64,000 nt of DNA from Vampirovibrionaceae bacterium NZW_1234 (GTDB lineage Bacteria; Cyanobacteriota; Vampirovibrionia; Vampirovibrionales; JAGQHJ01), in the NCBI GenBank assembly GCA_041697335.1, contig JBGUGD010000009.1, forward strand, positions 32,001 to 96,000, read 5' to 3'. Position numbers and translations under genes: made by a program. The first letter of the stretch is position 1, and every line of letters begins with the position of its first letter. This document shows, piece by piece, positions 49,056 to 56,740 of this stretch. Below the pieces are notes generated by a model. The model was not told where the DNA came from and made no database searches. It worked only from the letters and a program-made list of their open reading frames with translations.

Positions 49056-50057
49056 ATGGCTTTATTTAACATCAAACATGTTCCCATACACAGTCGAGTG
49101 ATGTTAGCCCCCATGGCGGGGGTGACCGACGTGGTGTTTCGATCCCTGGTGCGGCGATGGGCGCCTCAGTCCTTGATTTGCACCGAAATGATCAGCTCCA
49201 ACGGTATGGTGATTTCCAAGCAGCGCAAGGCTCGCATTTTAGACCATGTGGACAGTGATCACCCGATTGCCTACCAGTTGGCCGCCAATAAACCCGAGAT
49301 ACTGATCGAGGCCGCCAGGCAGATTATCGAGGATCACAATCCCGAAACCATTGATTTGAATATGGGTTGTCCGGTGAAAAAGATCACGGGCAACTTCGAG
49401 GGCTGTGCCCTGATGCGTGAGCCTGAACACGCCCAGATGCTGATTTCTTCTCTGGTCAAGGAAATTGAGACCCCTGTGACCGTCAAGTTTCGACTGGGAT
49501 GGGATCACGACAGCATGAATTATCTGGATTTCGGCAGACGGTGTGAAGATGCCGGGGCCGGGATGGTGGTGCTTCATGCCCGAACCCGATCTCAAGGCTA
49601 CCAGCCGGGCTGCAAATGGGAGGCCTTTGGCGAATTAAAGCAGGCGCTCTCGATTCCGGTCATTGCCAACGGTGATATTCGTACAGCCGAAGAGGCTCGT
49701 CACGTAATTGAAACCTACGGCGTGGATGGAGTGATGCTGGGACGGGCTATTCAAGGGCAACCATGGTTGATTGGCCAGGTTCATCAGTCCTTGGAAACAG
49801 GGCAGCCTGTTGAAGAATGGCCTCTGGCGGATCGGCTGGCTGTGGCGCTTGAGCATGCCGAGTTGCTGTGTGAGTATCGGGGCCAACACCACGGCATTCG
49901 CGAAATTCGCAAGCACCTGACCTGGTATTGCCAGGGCTTCCCCGGAGTTCGCTCAGTGCGCAATCGGCTGACCCAGGTCAACACCTTGGACGATGTGAAG
50001 CAGATCTTTGATGAGCTTCTCAACCCCGACGATGCGGATTTTGCCATCGCGATCTAG
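49056..50057 (+). CDS. dusB: tRNA-dihydrouridine synthase B
   Basis: LAPMAGVTD, TEMI, DLNMGCP, TVKFRLGW, HART, ANGDI, MLGRA. Start likely ATG 49056. Confidence 0.94.
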   Translation: MALFNIKHVPIHSRVMLAPMAGVTDVVFRSLVRRWAPQSLICTEMISSNGMVISKQRKARILDHVDSDHPIAYQLAANKPEILIEAARQIIEDHNPETIDLNMGCPVKKITGNFEGCALMREPEHAQMLISSLVKEIETPVTVKFRLGWDHDSMNYLDFGRRCEDAGAGMVVLHARTRSQGYQPGCKWEAFGELKQALSIPVIANGDIRTAEEARHVIETYGVDGVMLGRAIQGQPWLIGQVHQSLETGQPVEEWPLADRLAVALEHAELLCEYRGQHHGIREIRKHLTWYCQGFPGVRSVRNRLTQVNTLDDVKQIFDELLNPDDADFAIAI

Positions 50058-50189
50058 CCCCGGACGATTCGTTTTGTTCTGTTTGTAACAATTGCATCCA
50101 AACGCCTATGGAAATGACGCCCGACCGTGAGACACTGGGGTGCATTCGTCAGCCCAGACAAGAAAGACACGCGCGAAGGAGTTGCTTCC

Positions 50190-50483
50190 ATGGAGACCTT
50201 GAAAGAGCAGATTTTGACCCGCTTGAATGATTCATTCCAGGCGATGGTCGATGACGAGATCCCGCAATTGCTGAACGAGATTCTGCAAGAAGGGTTGCCC
50301 ACCGAGGTGTCCGAGGAGAACCCGCTGGTGGCGATTTATGCAGCCAATATCAAGTTGACCACGGCGTTAATGACCCGGTTGTGCGGCATTATGATGGAAT
50401 CTGTCGCCGAGGAGCTGGCGCAGCTTCAGCCCGGCAATACCACACCGCCGGTGAATGCCTTTGCAACAGGTCTGAAAAAATAG
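50190..50483 (+). CDS. Small acidic hypothetical protein
   Basis: AAGGAG RBS before ATG 50190; helical 97 aa. Confidence 0.6.
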   Translation: METLKEQILTRLNDSFQAMVDDEIPQLLNEILQEGLPTEVSEENPLVAIYAANIKLTTALMTRLCGIMMESVAEELAQLQPGNTTPPVNAFATGLKK

Positions 50484-50495
50484 GATTGCCTGGTA

Positions 50496-51989
50496 TTAGA
50501 CGCCTGCCGGAATGCCCTGCTTGGGGAAATATTCCTGCCAACGGCGGGTGACGGTATTCCGGGTTGTTTCGTCCATCGTGATTTCGTCGGGCCATTCTCG
50601 ATCAAATCCTTCCGAGGGCCACTTAACCGTGGCATCGATACCCATTTTGCTGCCGTAGGCCCACATGGGGCAGGCATGATCCAGAATATCCAAGGGGCCA
50701 TCCACCATCATTGTGTCTCGTTTGGGGTCGGTGTTGTTAAAGACCCGCCAGGCGACATCGGACAGGTCATGGACGTTCACGTCTTTGTCCACAATAATGA
50801 CGTACTTGCTGAACATCATTTGCCCAAAGCCCCAGACACTGCTCATGACTTTTCGGGCATGGCCGGGGTAGCGTTTGTCGATGCTGAGAATAACGCAGTT
50901 GTGGAAGACGCCTTCAGCCGGAAGGTTCATGTCCACCACTTCCGAGATAAAGAGCTTTAGCAGTGGCAGAAAAATCCGCTCTGTGGCTTTGCCCAGGTAA
51001 TAGTCCTCCTGGGGCGGCTTGCCAACAATCGTGGTGCAGTAGATGGGGTTGGCGCGGTGGGTCATTGCCGTAATATGGAAGACCGGGTAATCATCGGCCA
51101 GACTGTAATACCCGGTGTGATCGCCAAAGGGGCCTTCCCGGCGAATCTCATCCAGGCGGACATAGCCTTCCAGAATGATTTCGCTTTCCGCCGGAACTTC
51201 CATATCAATGGTTTTGCATTTCACCATTTTGACCGGCTCCCGATGGAGAAACCCGGCAAAGATCATTTCATCAATCCCTGGCGGCAATGGGGCCGTGGCA
51301 CTGTAAATAACGTGGGGCGGGGCACCGAGGGCCACAGCCACTTCAATGCGATCTTTTCCGGCCCGACGGGCGTTTTCGTAAAGGCGATTGCCATCATGAT
51401 GTTTGTGCCAGTGCATCCCGGTAGAGGAATTGGAATATTTCTGAAGCCGATACATCCCCGCATTACGCTCTCCAGTTTCCACATCCTTGGTAAAGACCAC
51501 GGGCATGGTAATAAACGGACCACCATCATCCGGCCAGCAGGTTAAAATCGGCAGTTTGTCCAGCATGGGTTGCGACGGATCCGTAATCACCACTTCCTGA
51601 CAGGGGGCAGACCCTTTGATTTGGCGGGGCAAAAATTGATTGAGTTCCGCCAGCTTGGGCAGCATCATCACTTTGTCCAGCAAAGAGGACGGCATGGAAG
51701 GCTTCACAAACTCCGTGATGCGTCGCTGGACTTCTTCAAAATGCTCAATGCCCAAGGCCAGTTTCATCCGCTCGAAGGAGCCCATGGTGTTAATGACGAG
51801 CGGCATATCGTAGCCTTGAACCGATTCGAAATAGAGGGCTTTGTTGGCCATGCCCTGATTCTTACTGACGCGATCCGTGATATCGGTAATTTCCAAATCA
51901 GGCGAGACTGGAACCTGAATCCGGGTTAGTTCGTCTTGCTGATCCAAGAGGTCCAGAAATTGTCGTAAATTCTTAGGAGGCGTGGCCAT
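50496..51989 (-). CDS. ubiD: UbiD-family (menaquinone-pathway-type) decarboxylase
   Basis: DGGPFIT, NAGMYRLQ, EGPFGDHTGYY, GKPPQED, LDH...GSKMGIDAT. Confidence 0.92.
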   Translation of the reverse strand: MATPPKNLRQFLDLLDQQDELTRIQVPVSPDLEITDITDRVSKNQGMANKALYFESVQGYDMPLVINTMGSFERMKLALGIEHFEEVQRRITEFVKPSMPSSLLDKVMMLPKLAELNQFLPRQIKGSAPCQEVVITDPSQPMLDKLPILTCWPDDGGPFITMPVVFTKDVETGERNAGMYRLQKYSNSSTGMHWHKHHDGNRLYENARRAGKDRIEVAVALGAPPHVIYSATAPLPPGIDEMIFAGFLHREPVKMVKCKTIDMEVPAESEIILEGYVRLDEIRREGPFGDHTGYYSLADDYPVFHITAMTHRANPIYCTTIVGKPPQEDYYLGKATERIFLPLLKLFISEVVDMNLPAEGVFHNCVILSIDKRYPGHARKVMSSVWGFGQMMFSKYVIIVDKDVNVHDLSDVAWRVFNNTDPKRDTMMVDGPLDILDHACPMWAYGSKMGIDATVKWPSEGFDREWPDEITMDETTRNTVTRRWQEYFPKQGIPAGV

Positions 51990-52042
51990 CGCGTCAATGT
52001 CCTCTAGCTATTACAACGGGCGGGTATCGAGTACGATATAAG

Positions 52043-53017
52043 ATGATTATGCGAAAAACACACGCCATAAACAAACGCTTCCCTTTCAGGCCTGGCCTTC
52101 GTTGGTTGCCATGTCGAAAAGGGCTGGGCGTTGTTCTCGTCTTGATGCTATCTGCATCCGCCCTGGGGCCGGTGTTGGCTCTGGAGCCGGGTGCCCGCTA
52201 CGAACTCCCCGGGCTGAGCCATCCTGTTGTGCGTGGTGTGCAGGGGGTGTTGGGATTGAACAAACTGGCTGGGTGGATTGGGGCCAAGGCCATCGAAAAG
52301 GAAATCCATAAAAAAGTGAGCGGTGACATTGATGTCCATCTGGAGCCCTATAGCGGTTTGGATCTGACCACGGGCAAAGCCAAGCATCTTCGAATCAAGG
52401 GCCACGATCTGCTTTACGACAAGGCCTTCTATGTGAGTGACTTTTTATTGCGGACCCGACGGGAAACACCGCTCTGGATTAATCTGGACACGGGCAAGCT
52501 GCAACGGGCGGTGGATGCTGACATTGAATTGCGCTTGACCGATTCGGATTTCAATCGCAGCTTTCAAACCAAAGAGGTCCAGCGGATTCTAGGCAATATC
52601 AAAGTTTCCTTGCTGGGTGGAGAGCCTCAGCGAATTCAAGTTCTGGAGCCTGCAATTGCTTTTTCCGAGGGAAAACTCCATTTTCAGGCTCAACTGGGTC
52701 TGGTTGGAGGGCCATCCGTAAGCAAAATTCCCTTAAATGTGTCAACCGGCCTGGCCTATGACCCCAAAACCGAGTTGATTCAACTTCAGGATCTGCAGTT
52801 GGCCCCGCTGCCAGGGGTGAGCGATAACACCGGTATTCAGGCTCTGGTGACACAGGCGCTTCAAAAGTACCTTAAACCCTCGAAACTGGTGCCTCTGAAA
52901 GGCGGAAAATTCAACCTGAACGATGTGGCGGTGGTCGACAATGCTGTATCGCTGAGAGGACAGGTCACCCTGTATCCGCCCTCCTCCACCTCGTCAACTC
53001 GTGTGAGTGTGCGGTAG
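52043..53017 (+). CDS. LmeA/DUF2993-like exported lipid-binding protein
   Basis: Signal peptide (..PVLA); LTTGKAKHLRIKG and LTDSDFN patterns typical of DUF2993. Confidence 0.6.
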   Translation: MIMRKTHAINKRFPFRPGLRWLPCRKGLGVVLVLMLSASALGPVLALEPGARYELPGLSHPVVRGVQGVLGLNKLAGWIGAKAIEKEIHKKVSGDIDVHLEPYSGLDLTTGKAKHLRIKGHDLLYDKAFYVSDFLLRTRRETPLWINLDTGKLQRAVDADIELRLTDSDFNRSFQTKEVQRILGNIKVSLLGGEPQRIQVLEPAIAFSEGKLHFQAQLGLVGGPSVSKIPLNVSTGLAYDPKTELIQLQDLQLAPLPGVSDNTGIQALVTQALQKYLKPSKLVPLKGGKFNLNDVAVVDNAVSLRGQVTLYPPSSTSSTRVSVR

Positions 53018-53053
53018 AATAAGAGAGATATCGTTCAGGGAATCGGCCTCCTT

Positions 53054-53617
53054 ATGAAAACCAACAAAACCACGCTAATCTTGATTTTAAGTGTCATCCT
53101 GTTGATGATCGGTGCCGTATGGGTTCTGCGTCCTCAATCCGATCCGTCGGTAAAGCCTTGGATGCAGGCGACAACCAGCCAAAATGCGGCTTTGGTATAC
53201 TTTAGCAAAAGCAAGGGTAGTGACGTCGTGACGGAAGCGGTTACCCGCCCCTGGCCTTCACCGCCGCCAACCGATGATGCCCAGCGTGTGTCCTACGCCG
53301 TGACCGAACTGTTAAAGGGCCCCTCTGAAACCGAGCAGGGGAATGGCTATTCGTCTGAGATTCCTCAAGGCACCAAGCTGTTGTCGGTGACACAAGCCAA
53401 GGACAGTATTCAAATTAACCTTTCTCCCGAATTTACCTCGGGGGGCGGTTCAAACAGCATGCTGCAGCGGTTGCGGCAGTTGTCCAAGACCTTGGTGTCT
53501 GCCTCTCATAAGAAACCCGTCTATCTCAAAGTCGATGGCCAACAGGTCGAGGTTTTGGGTGGGGAGGGGCTGTCTGTGCCTCAGCCGCTGACAAAAGATC
53601 CGGATATTACGCAATAA
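53054..53617 (+). CDS. GerMN-domain protein
   Basis: N-terminal anchor; LVYF, LLKGP...SEIPQGTKLL, INLSPEF.SGGGS.SM..RL.QL. Confidence 0.88.
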   Translation: MKTNKTTLILILSVILLMIGAVWVLRPQSDPSVKPWMQATTSQNAALVYFSKSKGSDVVTEAVTRPWPSPPPTDDAQRVSYAVTELLKGPSETEQGNGYSSEIPQGTKLLSVTQAKDSIQINLSPEFTSGGGSNSMLQRLRQLSKTLVSASHKKPVYLKVDGQQVEVLGGEGLSVPQPLTKDPDITQ

Positions 53618-53747
53618 CGTGGGCGGCATCTTCGTTCCTTAGATGATAGTGGCTCGGAAAATCCTCTGTTAATAGGATGAGCACGGCCGCAAGACGCGGG
53701 ACACTAGAGGTCAGTATGGCCCGGTATGTGCCTGAATATAGGGCCTG

Positions 53748-54377
53748 ATGTCTAAAGGAGTGATCATGTTTAATCGGCCTATCCCAGGCGGGGTGAACGA
53801 GGACGACACCATTGAATCCATAGCGGATCGGCCTGACCTGTGCCATAAATGCGGCCGATGCTGCCGGTCGGCGACAACGTTTAATTCATACAAGCGTCTG
53901 TTGGAAATGGTCGAAGAAGGCAACCAGGAAGCCATCGACTTTCTAGAGATTTTTGAGCCGTTTCCGTCCCTGGATGAGGCCCGCAAAGTGGTGCCTGAAC
54001 AGGTGGAGCGTGTAATTGAAATTGTAAAAGAACGCGAAGACATGAAACTCGAAGAGCTCACGTTCTATCACTGTCGCTATGTGACCGAGGAAGGGTTGTG
54101 CGGCATTTATGAACGTCGGCCCCGGTGTTGCAAGGATGCTCCTTATAACGGCTGGTCCGTTATGCCCCCGGGATGTGGCTTTGAAGGTTGGCAGTTTGAG
54201 CAGCGCGAAAAACAAAAGGCCGATATTCGCAAGCTCAAGGAAGTGCAGTTTCAAATGGAAATGCTGTCCCCGGACGGGGTTCATATGCCCACGCGCAATA
54301 TGACGTTGGACGATCTTCGTGCGTCCATTAACGAAGCCATTGCACCGTGGAAGAACTATGGCTCCGAGCACTGGTAA
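53748..54377 (+). CDS. YkgJ-family cysteine-cluster protein
   Basis: CHKCGRCC, FYHC, CGIYERRPRCC, PGCGF. Start may be 53766 (AAGGAG RBS). Confidence 0.85.
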   Translation: MSKGVIMFNRPIPGGVNEDDTIESIADRPDLCHKCGRCCRSATTFNSYKRLLEMVEEGNQEAIDFLEIFEPFPSLDEARKVVPEQVERVIEIVKEREDMKLEELTFYHCRYVTEEGLCGIYERRPRCCKDAPYNGWSVMPPGCGFEGWQFEQREKQKADIRKLKEVQFQMEMLSPDGVHMPTRNMTLDDLRASINEAIAPWKNYGSEHW

Positions 54378-54420
54378 TGATATGGATGTTGATAATTGAT
54401 ATTAAAGAAGAGGCCACGGT

Positions 54421-55005
54421 ATGACCGAGGATTTGGAACAACTTGAAATCGATGCTATGAAAGAGGCCAACGACTTTTCCGGTCTTGGCCAGAAATTGCG
54501 CGAGTTGTTCAAGCTTCCCCAGCATTTATGTAAGACCCGGGGCATGTGCTGCAAGGTTGCGACCTTTAAAAGCAACATGTCTTATGAACAGTTAAAAGCC
54601 CTGGCCGAGTCCGATGACCCTAATGCCAGCAACGCCCGAGAGTTTTTAACGCTCTTTATTCCCTTTGAAACCGAGGAAGAAGTTCGCGCCATTGCCCCCG
54701 TTTTTGTAGATCGGGTTAAAGAGGCCGACCCCGAAAAAGCTGATGCCGTCAGCTTTTTCCACTGCCGTTTTGTCGGTGATGACGGGCGCTGCATGATCCA
54801 TGAAGACAGACCCACAGGCTGCCGCATTTACCCGTTCCCGCATGAAAAAACCATCTACCACCCCGGCTGCGGCTTCGAGGAAAAGGGCTACGAAAACATG
54901 CGAAAAATGAACGACATCACCGAATTTTTTAATCGCAAGCTCAAGGAACTGGAGGAAGAAGCTCAATCGCTGGAAAGCCAGATGGATGAGGACGAGAGCC
55001 TGTAA
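54421..55005 (+). CDS. YkgJ-family cysteine-cluster protein
   Basis: CKTRGMCC, FFHC, CMIHEDRPTGCRIYP, PGCGF. Confidence 0.85.
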   Translation: MTEDLEQLEIDAMKEANDFSGLGQKLRELFKLPQHLCKTRGMCCKVATFKSNMSYEQLKALAESDDPNASNAREFLTLFIPFETEEEVRAIAPVFVDRVKEADPEKADAVSFFHCRFVGDDGRCMIHEDRPTGCRIYPFPHEKTIYHPGCGFEEKGYENMRKMNDITEFFNRKLKELEEEAQSLESQMDEDESL

Positions 55006-55248
55006 ATATAATATATTGTTTTTTGAACAATTAGGTATTTATCACGTGAAAATGTTCCTGCGTAATTTGTTCTTGACAGCGCTATATCTCTCTTAGGGAC
55101 TGCTTAACCGCATTTAGTATAATAATTGGTTTATAACTTTAAAAAAATAAAAATTGTTAACGTTATTCACAGAATAACACCATTTCTCTTAAGAAATTTT
55201 TTATACCTATAGCAGAGAATATTACGATGTAAAGCGGGGGAATTACGA

Positions 55249-56448
55249 ATGGGTTTATCCAGCTTGGCTGTAGTCTTGGGGATTATCAATCAGATTTATG
55301 CGATTGATTTTCAAACCAACGCGCTTTATCAACAGAAATTTGCTATTGCAAAATTTGCACAATTGATGAACCAGAATAAGATGTCTGCCTACATGGCTAA
55401 AGAAGGGCAGATGGTTAAGTTCCAGGTCTTGGATATGAGTGGCGATGTTCCGGTGATTGTTCAAAATCGCTTCCGAAACTCCAACTCTGTGTTACGTGCC
55501 GCGGCTGCCAATAATACGGCACCTGGACAACCAGGTCACCAAATTTTCCAAAATCATCGGGCTGAACTGTTTAGAAGCAACGGAGTGAACGATACTCGTC
55601 GTTTCCGTCCGGATGGAACGGTTGAAAGTGGTGAAATCCGTGTAGGTAGTGTTGTTGTCCCAGCGACTTATGCGGCTTGTACGACTGAGGAGCAGCGTGA
55701 AGCGTTCCGCAAGGTTCGTCACCTGGAAGATGTTGCTCGTGCCCGTGCACAAACCCAATTGGGTGAGAATTATTACTATAGTCAGAACGCCAATGGTGTG
55801 AGTAACACTGATCTATTCTTAGGCCGAGGCGAGGTACGCGATGACTCGTTCCTGGTGTATGATGCCAGTGGTCACTTGACACCTCCGGGCTTCTTGCCGA
55901 TTACGGATCAGTCTCGTGCAGCCTGGGCCAACGCATCGGCTTCGGATATTTTCCATCCGAACGTGGGAAGCAATGCTCACGCGGCTAGCGATGGTGAAGT
56001 TGAGGATGTTTATCGGGGTGTTGGAGGGGCACCTGCAACACCACAAGCCAGACGGGATGCCTTCAACCGGCTTGCCGGGCTGGAAGATGGAGCAGTTCTT
56101 AATGCTGCGGGTGGTGCTGGTAACGAATTTGTTGCCTTGGCGGCAAAATACGGCCTACCTGCAAACTGTACGGCTCAGCAGCTTAGACAAGCGATTACGA
56201 ACGGGATTCGTCAGAACCGTCGTGCTCAGTGTCCAACCGCTAAGAAAGGCGAGTTGATGCTGGATAAGAAACAAGCCGAAGAACTGGCCAAAGCGTATCT
56301 GGAAGCTTTGAACCAGATGGAAAAAGAAATTGATATGAAGTTGGAAACCTTAAAGTCACAGCGTGCTGCTCTGAACTCGCAGAAAGAAGAATATCAGAAG
56401 TACGTATCTGAAGGCATTAAATCCAGCTTTAAGAATAACTACGCATAA
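55249..56448 (+). CDS. Hypothetical protein with helical termini and C-terminal coiled coil
   Basis: GGGG RBS-like element; 399 aa; own terminator. Confidence 0.8.
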   Translation: MGLSSLAVVLGIINQIYAIDFQTNALYQQKFAIAKFAQLMNQNKMSAYMAKEGQMVKFQVLDMSGDVPVIVQNRFRNSNSVLRAAAANNTAPGQPGHQIFQNHRAELFRSNGVNDTRRFRPDGTVESGEIRVGSVVVPATYAACTTEEQREAFRKVRHLEDVARARAQTQLGENYYYSQNANGVSNTDLFLGRGEVRDDSFLVYDASGHLTPPGFLPITDQSRAAWANASASDIFHPNVGSNAHAASDGEVEDVYRGVGGAPATPQARRDAFNRLAGLEDGAVLNAAGGAGNEFVALAAKYGLPANCTAQQLRQAITNGIRQNRRAQCPTAKKGELMLDKKQAEELAKAYLEALNQMEKEIDMKLETLKSQRAALNSQKEEYQKYVSEGIKSSFKNNYA

Positions 56449-56458
56449 CATATTAAAT

Positions 56459-56491
56459 AAAGGCCTACAGGGGAATACCTGTAGGCCTTTT
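56459..56491 (+). terminator. Intrinsic terminator
   Basis: AAAGGCCTACAGG / CCTGTAGGCCTTTT. Confidence 0.88.
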
Positions 56492-56740
56492 CAGCAAACA
56501 AAGCTATTAATCTATAGCAGACCGAGTTATAGGAGAAATTTGAAAGTAAAAATACAAATCTGAAATTATAAATCTAGAAAAAGCCTTTTAAAGCTAAATA
56601 TCGTGGTTTAAACTTTTAAACTAAAGTTTATAATGTGTGTAAAAACAAATAAATAAATGATTATTAAAAGAATATTAATAATCGAATAAAAACTGGTTTT
56701 ATACACATAGGGGTAATGATTTTTAAGGGGGGTATACACA

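Noticed and set aside
48948..49114. Overlapping N-terminal extensions of suhB and dusB in the ORF track
   Set aside because: Family homology begins near 49027 and 49056, so the extensions are probably not translated.
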